DNA of 64,000 bases, taken from positions 77 to 64,076 of the forward strand of contig CAMODE010000035.1 of the NCBI GenBank assembly GCA_946611235.1, written 5' to 3'. The stretch comes from an uncultured Bacillales bacterium. Lineage in GTDB: Bacteria; Bacillota_I; Bacilli_A; RF39; UBA660. Shown here piece after piece: positions 55,074 through 64,000 of the stretch. The notes below the pieces were generated by a model. The model saw only the letters and a program-made list of their open reading frames with translations, was not told the DNA's origin and searched no databases. Within the stretch, counting starts at the first letter, position 1; every line of letters begins with the position of its first letter. The position numbers were made by a program, and so were the translations under genes.

Positions 55074-56684
55074 TTAGTTATAACTCCTTACTTCAGTAAA
55101 GGCTTTTAATAGTCCACTTTTACCATCAAATACTTTACCATTAGATAGGTCTGCTAGTTTATTTAACTCATATTCACTTGAACTACCAAAAGTTATGCTA
55201 TATATTGGAACATTTTCTTTATTTCTTATATAGTATTTTTTTAAATCATTAAATGAACCAGTATTTGATTGTCCATCTGTCATTAATATTACAGTCTTTG
55301 TATATTCGTCATCACTATCTTGTTTTAATATTTTTAATCCTTCAATACTTGGACTATAAATATTAGTACCACCACCAGCTTCAAGAGAATTTATATTATC
55401 TATTACTTCACTAGTATCACTACCATATTTAGTATCATATACTTTTTCGACATCATTATTAAAGGTTATTACGGTTATTTTATCTTTATCAGAGAACTGT
55501 AACATATCTTTACTAGCGGTTTCATAATCCAATATATAATTCATTGCTTCTTTTAATTCATCTAAACCACTTCCATACATACTTCCTGATACATCTAAGC
55601 AAAAGACTACATGAGTTGGTTTTCTAAGAGCTTCGATATATAGGCTAAGTGCTTTAGTTATTACTTTTTTGCTCGGATACTTCATGTCTTTTAAATATTT
55701 ATTTGTATCTATTCCCCAATCAGGATTAAATACTTTAGTACTTGCTTTATCATTTGTACCTCCATACCAAGAACGATAACCATATTCTTCCATTAATTTT
55801 ATAGCTTCATCGCTTCTTAGATATGATTGCAAAGTATTAAATCTTTCTTTGTTTTTAGTATCATTTGAATCATTATTTATATAAGCAAATGGCATATCAT
55901 TAATTGCTACTCCATCTGTTGGATAGATTAAATATAGTGGTTCTTTACCTTTCTTTACTAATTCTTTATTTAATTCAATAAGAGAACTTTCATAATTAAT
56001 CATGGCATTATAGTCACCATTTTTATACATTTCAGTTAGATACTCTTCATCACCACTTACTCTTTCTACTCCTTTAAAGAATGATTTCAAATCTTCTTTA
56101 AGACTATTATTATCAAGCATTTCTTCCGTTAAAACTTCAGGAGAACCTGCCATGCTATTTAAGAAACTTAAGTAACTAGTAGCTCCCGTATTTGTTTTAG
56201 TAACTGATGCCATGACATATTTTAGCTTTCCTTCTTTAATAGCGTTTAAGATATCTTTATTATATACATCAGCATTAACAAATCCTAATTCTTCAGCTTT
56301 ACTTTTTTCAATTGCCATTACTACTGGGTCAATTACAATTGATTTACTATCAGTAGTTAAGTAACTATTATCTAACATATATAACCATATAGAATTAGAT
56401 ATCCATACAGCATCATATGGACTACTGTCAGAGTTTAGAATATCTACTATTTCTAAATCTCCATAGTGTTCTATTTCGACTTTAATACCTTTTTTCTTTC
56501 CATATTTGATTAATTTATCATCCATTTTTTCTGTTGATGTAGAAGCAAGTATTCTAAAGGTACTATCATTACCTCCAAAACTTATTCCACTATCTGATCC
56601 AAGTATTGGTTTAATAATAAAATAGGCAATTATTATAAATATTAACACTGTTATAAATTTATTTTTTTCTTTATTCTTTTCCAT
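55074..56684 (-). CDS. membrane-anchored SBP-like domain fused to a C-terminal von Willebrand factor A domain
   Basis: N-terminal TM. MIDAS motif VFCLDVSGSM...TDGQSNTG... Confidence 0.75.
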   Translation of the reverse strand: MEKNKEKNKFITVLIFIIIAYFIIKPILGSDSGISFGGNDSTFRILASTSTEKMDDKLIKYGKKKGIKVEIEHYGDLEIVDILNSDSSPYDAVWISNSIWLYMLDNSYLTTDSKSIVIDPVVMAIEKSKAEELGFVNADVYNKDILNAIKEGKLKYVMASVTKTNTGATSYLSFLNSMAGSPEVLTEEMLDNNSLKEDLKSFFKGVERVSGDEEYLTEMYKNGDYNAMINYESSLIELNKELVKKGKEPLYLIYPTDGVAINDMPFAYINNDSNDTKNKERFNTLQSYLRSDEAIKLMEEYGYRSWYGGTNDKASTKVFNPDWGIDTNKYLKDMKYPSKKVITKALSLYIEALRKPTHVVFCLDVSGSMYGSGLDELKEAMNYILDYETASKDMLQFSDKDKITVITFNNDVEKVYDTKYGSDTSEVIDNINSLEAGGGTNIYSPSIEGLKILKQDSDDEYTKTVILMTDGQSNTGSFNDLKKYYIRNKENVPIYSITFGSSSEYELNKLADLSNGKVFDGKSGLLKAFTEVRSYN

Positions 56685-56810
56685 ATCATCAGTTCTCCTC
56701 TATCCATAATAACTATACCACAAATACATAATTATTACAATAAAACTATATATAAAAATTTATCTAAAATTGTATAAATAAGTATGAAAAAGAAAAGGCT
56801 TTTTACCTTT

Positions 56811-57911
56811 TCATTGTTTTTGTTTTCTATTCAATTTTCTTTCTTTATTAACTGGTAGATCACATTCCGGCATAATTATACTTTTATAAAGATTTTCAAA
56901 ATCTAAATCTTCTTCATAATTTAATCCTGTTATTTCATTATAAACATTAAAGTTAGTTTTTATATAATTCATTATTCCCGGAAACTCTCTTTCCATTTCA
57001 ATTTCTAAATATGAAATAATTTCTTTACTTCGAGGATGAGATAAAATTTTCTGAATATAGTCAAGCATATTAGCGTTAGAAACATTAATTTCTTTTCTTT
57101 CTTTATCTTGCCATATGGTTATTCTGTCTCTTTCTATTCTATCCCAAGAAGTATGCGATGAACGAAGTGAATTTGCTTTTTTGTATGCATAGCCTTCCTT
57201 AACATAAGCTGATACGTCATTATTAAATATTGATTTATTGAAGTTTAAATGTCTCACAATCCCATCTACATGGTTTCCCTCAGAGCCAAATACATCATCA
57301 AGCTGAAAATCTATCCACTTACCCTTTAACTCAGAAACATCCAATTTTTTTATATTAAAATCCTTTTGTCCATAAATTTGTGCTTCAATATTTACTATTT
57401 TTCCATTTCTTCGGCATATAGATAGCTTTTTAGAATAATCATCAAGGTTTAAATTGAAATAATAGTTTTCTGAATTTTCGCCTTCAGCATAAATAGGTTC
57501 ACTTCCCCAGCAAATTTTTCCTGAGTTGGTTTGGAATTCACCACTAAATTGAGCTTTCATCAATACCGTTATATACTCTACTTTATTCTTAGGACATTCT
57601 ATTTTTTTACTACATAATAAATTATTATTGCTATCATAAAAATCAATCTGATTTTTATGATCTTCATTTATACTTGCCTTTATATCAAAAAAACTTAGCC
57701 CAAATTGAATTGTTTCAATGAATTTATCCAACTCTTCAGATACATACTGCATGTATTCTTTTTTTTCTTCGTCGCTAACTTCAATCGGTTCATATGTAAA
57801 ATCGCTAGGCGTAATAACGTATAAATTTCCTTTTTTTTCCATATTATATTTCCCCCCTTGGATTAGTATTGGGCAAGGATTTCCCCAATACGGTTGTATA
57901 TTGTACACCAA
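56811..57911 (-). CDS. hypothetical protein (366 aa)
   Basis: Long ORF. The true start may be the internal MEKKGNLYV. No motif recognised. Confidence 0.5.
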   Translation of the reverse strand: MVYNIQPYWGNPCPILIQGGKYNMEKKGNLYVITPSDFTYEPIEVSDEEKKEYMQYVSEELDKFIETIQFGLSFFDIKASINEDHKNQIDFYDSNNNLLCSKKIECPKNKVEYITVLMKAQFSGEFQTNSGKICWGSEPIYAEGENSENYYFNLNLDDYSKKLSICRRNGKIVNIEAQIYGQKDFNIKKLDVSELKGKWIDFQLDDVFGSEGNHVDGIVRHLNFNKSIFNNDVSAYVKEGYAYKKANSLRSSHTSWDRIERDRITIWQDKERKEINVSNANMLDYIQKILSHPRSKEIISYLEIEMEREFPGIMNYIKTNFNVYNEITGLNYEEDLDFENLYKSIIMPECDLPVNKERKLNRKQKQ

Positions 57912-57936
57912 AATTCATAAAATGTCAAACATCCGT

Positions 57937-57973
57937 TTCTTTTTATGTGCGCTTTTCTTTTTATGTGCGCTTT
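57937..57973. repeat. two tandem copies of an 18-bp unit TTCTTTTTATGTGCGCTT upstream of the 366-aa gene
   Basis: Read directly. GC-containing core ATGTGCGC repeated with an 18-bp period. Confidence 0.85.
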
Positions 57974-58109
57974 GCTTTTTTATTTATGTCGATATAGATA
58001 GTTTAATACTATTTTGTTACAATGTTATTTTTAATTTTATTGGTATTCTATAATTTTTTTATTAATTTGAGTGATATCATCTCAACACCTCTTATATCAC
58101 CATTATTAT

Positions 58110-58715
58110 TTACATATAAGGTAAGGTTTTAAATCCTAATGACTTTGGTATATCTATATCTAGTTTTTTATCATTCCCTACTATTAAGCATTCTTCTGAT
58201 TCATGATTTCCCTTAGTGCTTATATAGGCTAATTCATTAGGTTTGATTATCTTTTCACCATAATATTCACTAAAATAATTGTTAATCCCCATAGCAGTTA
58301 ATCTATTTCTTTGTGACTCTTCAAAATAGTTGGATAATAATACTAATTCATATTCATTTAATGTTGCTAACATTTTTCTTATTAGTACTGAATTACTAGG
58401 TATGGCTTTCTTTGCTTCTTGAAATAGTATTCTTAAGAAGTTATAATCTAATTTTATTCCAGTTATATTACTAAAATAATTTAAATACAAATCTTTATCA
58501 TAACAATTATAATATTTTTCATATTCATTAATATTTGATATAAATAAACTTGCTTTATCTAAGTCTTCTACACCATATCTTTTAAAAGTTTCTATGATGA
58601 ATGGCTTAAAATCAACACCTCTAATTAATGTTCCATCTATATCAAATATTATTCTTTTAATCATAAAACCACCCTTGTATAATTTTATTTTACCAAGAAA
58701 TACTATATATTGCAA
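58110..58715 (-). CDS. HAD-superfamily hydrolase
   Basis: Motif I IIFDIDGTLI. The likely true start is at 58664. Confidence 0.75.
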   Translation of the reverse strand: MQYIVFLGKIKLYKGGFMIKRIIFDIDGTLIRGVDFKPFIIETFKRYGVEDLDKASLFISNINEYEKYYNCYDKDLYLNYFSNITGIKLDYNFLRILFQEAKKAIPSNSVLIRKMLATLNEYELVLLSNYFEESQRNRLTAMGINNYFSEYYGEKIIKPNELAYISTKGNHESEECLIVGNDKKLDIDIPKSLGFKTLPYM

Positions 58716-58750
58716 TGATTATATCAATATTATTATTGAAAATCTAATGT

Positions 58751-58814
58751 CCAAAATTATTACTTTAGAGACTACAGGCTCTAAAGTACTTTTGAAGACC
58801 TGAGGCTTCAAAAG
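58751..58814. repeat. double-hairpin intergenic repeat, copy 3 (full length)
   Basis: CCAAAATTattacTTTAGAG-actacagg-CTCTAAAgtaCTTTTGAAG-acctgagg-CTTCAAAAG. Confidence 0.9.
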
Positions 58815-58848
58815 ATACAAAAAAAGATCAACCATTATGGTTAATCAA

Positions 58849-59157
58849 TCATTTATTAAATAGTTCACTATGACTGCCAGTAGCAAACAAAACTAATATC
58901 AATTTATCATCTTGTTTCTTATAGATAAGTAACCAGTCAGGAGTAATATGACATTCTCTGCAATCTTTATAATTTTTGTCATTTATTAAATCATGATCTC
59001 TATATTTAACATCTAATTCTTCATCATTACCAAGTTTCACAACGATATCAATTAATTTACTAATATCTTTTCCTTGTTTATAGACTTTTTTTAATTGATT
59101 TCTAAATTGTGAAGTTGTATCAATGACATATTTTGAAGTTTTGATATCAATCTTCAT
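58849..59157 (-). CDS. yafQ: YafQ/RelE-family type II toxin (mRNA interferase)
   Basis: ...CRECHITPDWLLIYKK.DDKLILVLFATGSHSELF. Confidence 0.8.
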   Translation of the reverse strand: MKIDIKTSKYVIDTTSQFRNQLKKVYKQGKDISKLIDIVVKLGNDEELDVKYRDHDLINDKNYKDCRECHITPDWLLIYKKQDDKLILVLFATGSHSELFNK

Positions 59158-59452
59158 CTAGAATATCCCTAAACATTTGCTCAATATCATGATAACCAGT
59201 TCTTTTACCCTCTTCAATTTCTTTGATGATTTTGTTTCCTTCTTTTAATGCTTTTTTTAATTCTCTACTTGGTTTTGGATTAGTAACTTCAAATGGAATA
59301 CCATTAGTTTTTATAATTTGTTTAACAAACATATTAATAGCGGTACTCATATTAAGTCCTAAATCTTTTAAAATATTTGTAGCTATTTCTTTATCATTGG
59401 CATCTACTTGAACATTAATAGCACTAGTTAAACTTGCCATACTATAAATCAC
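59147..59452 (-). CDS. dinJ: RelB/DinJ-family antitoxin
   Basis: INVQVDANDKEIATNILKDLGLNMSTAINMFVKQII. 11-nt overlap with the toxin gene. Confidence 0.8.
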   Translation of the reverse strand: MIYSMASLTSAINVQVDANDKEIATNILKDLGLNMSTAINMFVKQIIKTNGIPFEVTNPKPSRELKKALKEGNKIIKEIEEGKRTGYHDIEQMFRDILDED

Positions 59453-59571
59453 CTCTTCTCACTTAAATATTAACATGATAGCAACATTTTGTCAACATTC
59501 TAGCAACAATATAGTGTTATTTTCGTTATTAGTATATGCATTATTATAAAAAAATAATACCCATATAAGTA

Positions 59572-61731
59572 TTATTCTTTCTTTTCTAGTTCGATACATT
59601 TATTTAATAATTCATCTACAAAGATACTTCTCTCTTTAGGATTTTCATTCTTTAAGATAAAGACATTATTTTTAGTTCTAGTTAAGGCTACATATAATAG
59701 TCTTCTTTCTTCTGGATAAGGAATATCTTCGATAGGTGGTTTATATCTAAATAAATCTATTAACCAGTAATAACCAAAATTTTCTCTAGGAAAATTTTTA
59801 TCCATTCCTATTATAATTACTTCATCAAAAGTTAATCCTTTTGCTTTATGGATAGTCATACCTTCCATGTCTAAATCATCCACACTTGATAATCTTATTT
59901 TAGTTCCTAAATCATCAATAAAATCACTATCGTATTTAAAACAATTATCAATTATTTGATTAGTTCTTCCAAGTATTAGAATACTATGACTTGGTACTAA
60001 TTCATGTATTTTTATTATTAATTTCTTTAATTTTTGATATTCGACAGTTTCATCTTCTACTACATCTCCATATTCATTTACGACTTTATCATTGAACTGA
60101 ACAAAATGAATTGGATGAGTTAGATGCTTAAATGATATTAAGTCTTTATCTATTTGATCTTTATTTTCTTTAATAAAACTACCGGAAATATCCACTAATT
60201 CCTGACTATTACGATAAGTATTTTTTATTGATAATATAGTTGGATTTTCAAAGTATTCATCGAACTTAGTTATATATTTAATATTTGAACCTCTAAAGGA
60301 ATAAATACTTTGCCAATCATCTCCGACAGCAAATACTTTAGCCCTTCCTTTATCAGCGGTCTTTCTTGCTAATAGATATTCTCCATCAGATATATCTTGA
60401 TATTCATCAATAATTATATATTCATAATTTATATCTTGTAAGAATGGTTTTTCACTAATATATTTATTTGAGTAATATATTAAATCAGCATAATCAAATG
60501 AATATGTATCTGGTTTTATTAAGCTTTGGGAATAATAGATATAGAATTCATTTATATATTGAAACTGTCTAATAGCATCTTCTTTTTCTTCACCTTTTAA
60601 ACTATTTATATAGTTTTTTACTATTTCTAAACACTCTTTTCTATTAGTACTTTCTTTTATTTTATCTACTGATTCATAGAATAAGTTCTTTAGTTTATAT
60701 ATTTGAGATAATTTATTATTATCTAGTATTTGATTGTATATTTCTTCATTAGTTCTATCTCGATATATAAATCCCATTTTATTTAGTTCTAAATCTAATT
60801 TTATTTCGATATCTTTTGGTTCCATATATTCGATATATATAAATTTATTTTGATAATTTTTATGGAATTCAATTTTCTTTTGTTTTATTTTATTATATTT
60901 TTTATCATTTAACCCGAAATATTCTAAATATACTTTTTCTCCTGCTAGATTAAGAGTAAAGTCTGGTTTATATATTTTTCTATCTTCTACTATTTCGGTA
61001 TATATCTCTTCATAAGAATAATCTATGCCATGTTTATAGAGATAGTTAGCAATAGTTGCTTCTCCTACTGACTTTACAAGTTCTCCTTTAATTGTAACTA
61101 TATATTCACTTTTTAATCTTTTTTCAATCCAGTTATTTATTACTTCATCTAAGCCAATATTTTGAGCTTCTTCCAGTTTATATTCTTTATATTTTTTAAA
61201 GAAAGTATCATAATCTTCATATTTATAATAGTTTTCTTCAAAGTATTTACCATAAAAGAAACTAATGTCTTTTAATTTATCTTTATTAAAAGTATTTACT
61301 AAATCTCTTATTCGGTTTTCTTTAAATATTTTATTTATATAGTCATAAAATATCTTCTCTTTTTGATTATAATCTATTACTTCACATTTTCGATTACTAA
61401 ATAGTTTTCTAATATATTTATAGGCTAATGAGTGAAAAGTTGTTACATTAGTATTAATACCAAATTCATCTATTATTAGTGTTTGGAGTTCTTCTACTGC
61501 TTTCTTGGTATAACTTATTACTAGTATTTTAGACGGATCTACTTTTTTGATGTCAACTAGATATTTTACTTTTCCTACCATAGTGGTAGTTTTACCTGTA
61601 CCTGCTCCTGCAAGAATTAGGGTATATTTATCATCATTTATTATTGCTTTTATTTGGTCTTCATCTAAAACTATTTTTTCATCAATACTACTAAATAAGT
61701 ACTTAAAGTATTCTTTTAATTCTTCATTCAT
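59572..61731 (-). CDS. UvrD/Rep/helicase IV-family ATP-dependent DNA helicase with nuclease-fold insert
   Basis: Motif I AGAGTGKTTT, motif II IIDEYQD, C-terminal LLYVALTR. Insert with E..IANYL...YKPDF...YLEYFG pattern. Confidence 0.8.
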   Translation of the reverse strand: MNEELKEYFKYLFSSIDEKIVLDEDQIKAIINDDKYTLILAGAGTGKTTTMVGKVKYLVDIKKVDPSKILVISYTKKAVEELQTLIIDEFGINTNVTTFHSLAYKYIRKLFSNRKCEVIDYNQKEKIFYDYINKIFKENRIRDLVNTFNKDKLKDISFFYGKYFEENYYKYEDYDTFFKKYKEYKLEEAQNIGLDEVINNWIEKRLKSEYIVTIKGELVKSVGEATIANYLYKHGIDYSYEEIYTEIVEDRKIYKPDFTLNLAGEKVYLEYFGLNDKKYNKIKQKKIEFHKNYQNKFIYIEYMEPKDIEIKLDLELNKMGFIYRDRTNEEIYNQILDNNKLSQIYKLKNLFYESVDKIKESTNRKECLEIVKNYINSLKGEEKEDAIRQFQYINEFYIYYSQSLIKPDTYSFDYADLIYYSNKYISEKPFLQDINYEYIIIDEYQDISDGEYLLARKTADKGRAKVFAVGDDWQSIYSFRGSNIKYITKFDEYFENPTILSIKNTYRNSQELVDISGSFIKENKDQIDKDLISFKHLTHPIHFVQFNDKVVNEYGDVVEDETVEYQKLKKLIIKIHELVPSHSILILGRTNQIIDNCFKYDSDFIDDLGTKIRLSSVDDLDMEGMTIHKAKGLTFDEVIIIGMDKNFPRENFGYYWLIDLFRYKPPIEDIPYPEERRLLYVALTRTKNNVFILKNENPKERSIFVDELLNKCIELEKKE

Positions 61732-61840
61732 ACTACCAACCTCTATTATATTTACATTGTACTAAATTTATTAAAAAATGTCTATATTTGATAATTAAAA
61801 TAATTATTTTAAATGATGTACAAAGAAAAAGACTATTTAT

Positions 61841-64000
61841 TTAGTCTTCATCGTTATCCATAGATAATAAATTCTTGATATCTTTTTCACTTAATTTAGA
61901 TATAATCATCTTATCACGATCTTCACCTTCGATTAAGGTATCACTTAGTATTTTTTTCTTCTTTTGAAGATCTAATATTTTTTCTTCAATAGTTCCTTTA
62001 CATACTAATTTTATTACTTCGACAGTATTTTTTTGTCCTATACGATGAGCTCGATCAGTTGCTTGATTTTCAGCTTGCGGATTCCACCATAAGTCTAAGT
62101 GAATTACTACGTCAGCACTTGTTAGATTAAGCCCTGTACCTCCTGCTTTTAATGTTATTAAAAAGACATTAGTATCATCATTATTGAATTTATTTACTAA
62201 TTCCATTCTCTTTTTAGATGATACGCTTCCATCAATAACATAACAACTTATATCATTGTTAGTAAGTTCTCTATTTACAATATCAATAGCACTCTTATAA
62301 GTGGAAAATAATAGTATCTTATGTCCATTCTCAATTATTCCTTTAACAATTGGTATTAGTTCAATTATTTTAGTAGCTCCACCATGATAATCTTCATATG
62401 CTAAGTTGGGATCTATACATATTTGTCTTAATCTTGTTAAAAGCTGTAATATTTTAAATCTTGCTTTACTAAAACCTTCAGTACCTATTAATTCATCTAA
62501 TTCTTTCTGGGTCTTTTGTAGTTCGGCAGCATATAATTTCTTTTGCTCACTAGTTAGCTCTAAGAAAATATTATTTTCGATTTTATCAGGAAGTTCTTTT
62601 ACTACTTCTTTTTTCTTTCTTCTTAAGATAAATGGTTTTATCTGCTCTTTTAAACTATCTAAAGACTTTAAGTTGTCTTCATCAACATCTTTGATATTAT
62701 ATTTAGAATGAAATGCTTCTAAATTAGTTAAATATCCTGGCATAATAAAGTCAAAGATACTCCAAAGTTCTCCTACTGAGTTTTCTAGTGGGGTTCCAGT
62801 TAAAGCAAACTTAGCATTTCCTTTTAATGACTTTATAGTCTTAGTCATTTGAGCCATATTATTCTTGATATTTTGAGCTTCATCGATAGCTATTACTTCA
62901 AAATTTATTTCTTTATAAATATCTTTATCTTCTCTTATTAATCCATATGTTGTAATTAGAATATTGGTATCTTTGATATCATTTAAGAATTCATGTCTTT
63001 TATTTTTGATACCTGCAACAACTTTATATTTTAGTTCACTACCAAATTTATCAAATTCATTTTCCCAATTATATATTAATGAAGTAGGAGCTATTATTAA
63101 TATTTTAGCATCTTGTTTTTCTTTTAATACTTCTTTAATAAAGTATATTAATTGAATACTTTTTCCTAGTCCCATTTCATCGGCGAGAATACTACCAAAA
63201 CCACACTTATAGATATTATATAGCCACTTAACTCCTGTTACTTGATAGTCTCTTAATATCTTTTTATCCTTTGCATTTAATGATATTTTAGAATCTTTAT
63301 ACTTATTAAAGTTGTCTATTAATTCATTGAATAGATTATTCGTTTTAACGATACTATATTTATTTTTTAAACTATCTAAATATATTGCTCGATATTTAGG
63401 TATCTCTCCTTCACCTTTTTTGATACTTTTACTATCCAGATTCATATTATCAATAAGATTATCTAGTTCTTTTAATTCATCATTCTCTTCTAAGTCGATT
63501 AAATCTCCACTTTTTAATTTATAGTATCTTTTCTTCTTCTTTATTTGTTCTAAGACTCCTACTAGATCTTCATTTGATATTTCTCCTAAGTTGAATTCAT
63601 ATTTCATGATGTTGTCTTGGCCAATACTAAATGTTGATGATACTTGGATATCTTTCTTTATTTTAGTATTTTTTAGATTTTGGGAGGTATATACATCATA
63701 CTTTTCAGTTAGTTTAGCTAAATTTGTTTCAAGAAACTCTCCTATTTGATCGATATCTTCAATAAAGATTGTATTATTTTCAATGATAAAATTATAATAA
63801 TTTAAAGTATCTAGGATTTCATTTTCATAATCGATATCTCTTACAATATCAGGAGTATTATCAAAGTAATTTATTTCTTTATCTTTATAAATTAATTTAA
63901 TATCACAGAGTATTTTATCATAATGAAAGTCAAAGTATAATTTTGATTTAGGTTTACTTGCTATTATTATTTTATCTTTAACAGTTTTATCTAATTTGAT
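61841..64000 (-). CDS. SNF2-family helicase (YwqA/RapA-like), N-terminus beyond the right edge
   Basis: DEMGLGKS, DEAQNIKN and a helicase-C QATDRAHRIGQ motif. My translation of 63608-64000 stays in frame with no stop, so the ORF-track start at 63607 is internal. Confidence 0.85.
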   Translation of the reverse strand: MKLDKTVKDKIIIASKPKSKLYFDFHYDKILCDIKLIYKDKEINYFDNTPDIVRDIDYENEILDTLNYYNFIIENNTIFIEDIDQIGEFLETNLAKLTEKYDVYTSQNLKNTKIKKDIQVSSTFSIGQDNIMKYEFNLGEISNEDLVGVLEQIKKKKRYYKLKSGDLIDLEENDELKELDNLIDNMNLDSKSIKKGEGEIPKYRAIYLDSLKNKYSIVKTNNLFNELIDNFNKYKDSKISLNAKDKKILRDYQVTGVKWLYNIYKCGFGSILADEMGLGKSIQLIYFIKEVLKEKQDAKILIIAPTSLIYNWENEFDKFGSELKYKVVAGIKNKRHEFLNDIKDTNILITTYGLIREDKDIYKEINFEVIAIDEAQNIKNNMAQMTKTIKSLKGNAKFALTGTPLENSVGELWSIFDFIMPGYLTNLEAFHSKYNIKDVDEDNLKSLDSLKEQIKPFILRRKKKEVVKELPDKIENNIFLELTSEQKKLYAAELQKTQKELDELIGTEGFSKARFKILQLLTRLRQICIDPNLAYEDYHGGATKIIELIPIVKGIIENGHKILLFSTYKSAIDIVNRELTNNDISCYVIDGSVSSKKRMELVNKFNNDDTNVFLITLKAGGTGLNLTSADVVIHLDLWWNPQAENQATDRAHRIGQKNTVEVIKLVCKGTIEEKILDLQKKKKILSDTLIEGEDRDKMIISKLSEKDIKNLLSMDNDED

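Noticed and set aside
40997-58814. Integron attC sites / gene cassettes for the double-hairpin repeats
   Set aside because: There is no IntI-type integrase and no R'/R'' GTTRRRY-type core sites. The 'cassettes' are 7-10 kb multi-gene blocks with their own promoters. A resemblance in concept only.
1-64000. tRNA, rRNA, tmRNA, riboswitch or T-box leaders
   Set aside because: I scanned intergenic regions by eye for GTTCGAATC-type T-arms, T-box and common riboswitch cores and found none. Absence cannot be proven without tRNAscan or Infernal.

Overview
Very AT-rich (by eye about three-quarters A+T) chromosomal segment from an endospore-forming Bacillota member: sigG, gerQ and ylmC/ymxH are present. 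I cannot place it more precisely without a search. I saw no rRNA, tRNA, CRISPR array, integrase or transposase. About 90% of the coding is on the minus strand.

Bases 1-27 kb are mostly conserved housekeeping genes: ylmH, DUF402 Ntdp, srtB, yidD, pduL, gerQ, lemA, ung, sigG, rluD, lspA and gpsA. These are followed by one long co-directional run, rimP-nusA-ylxR-infB-(unknown)-rbfA-truB-mutL-(Fic-like)-miaA. A three-gene island at 12.6-17.9 kb interrupts this part: Schlafen/AlbA_2 regulator-like ATPase, MmeI-type IIL RM enzyme and a HEPN-like protein. A 12-bp repeat array sits in its promoter region.

Bases 27-59 kb are an accessory mosaic containing:
- a DUF1016 nuclease, DUF3800 and a candidate small RNA;
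- RNase J;
- an HNH + AAA_14/DUF4143 ATPase islet with a decayed copy of the neighbouring LysM-amidase gene on its low-coordinate side and the intact gene on the other;
- a Cys-rich repeat surface protein;
- a BcgI-like (type IIB) RM pair flanked by diverged about 180-bp repeats;
- an AbiD/F (Abi_2) gene;
- four to five unrecognisable genes plus a metallophosphoesterase;
- an AbiEi/AbiEii cassette that visibly inserted between two formerly coupled genes;
- a SEC-C protein + GNAT pair;
- a tightly coupled vWA-SBP / XpaC / SBP-like / TelA / AAA+ five-gene operon;
- a DinJ-YafQ TA pair.

The window ends with a UvrD-family helicase and a SNF2 helicase that runs off the right edge.

The best candidates for undescribed systems are:
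1. the TelA-centred five-gene operon (50.5-56.7 kb);
2. the Abi-flanked block of unknown genes (42.3-48.0 kb);
3. the HNH + AAA_14 ATPase islet (31.3-34.7 kb) with a striking CTGCAG x4 palindrome cluster;
4. the HEPN / MmeI / Schlafen operon.

A 50-65 nt double-hairpin repeat occurs three times and partitions the accessory region. All family assignments come from motif recognition by eye. No searches were run.
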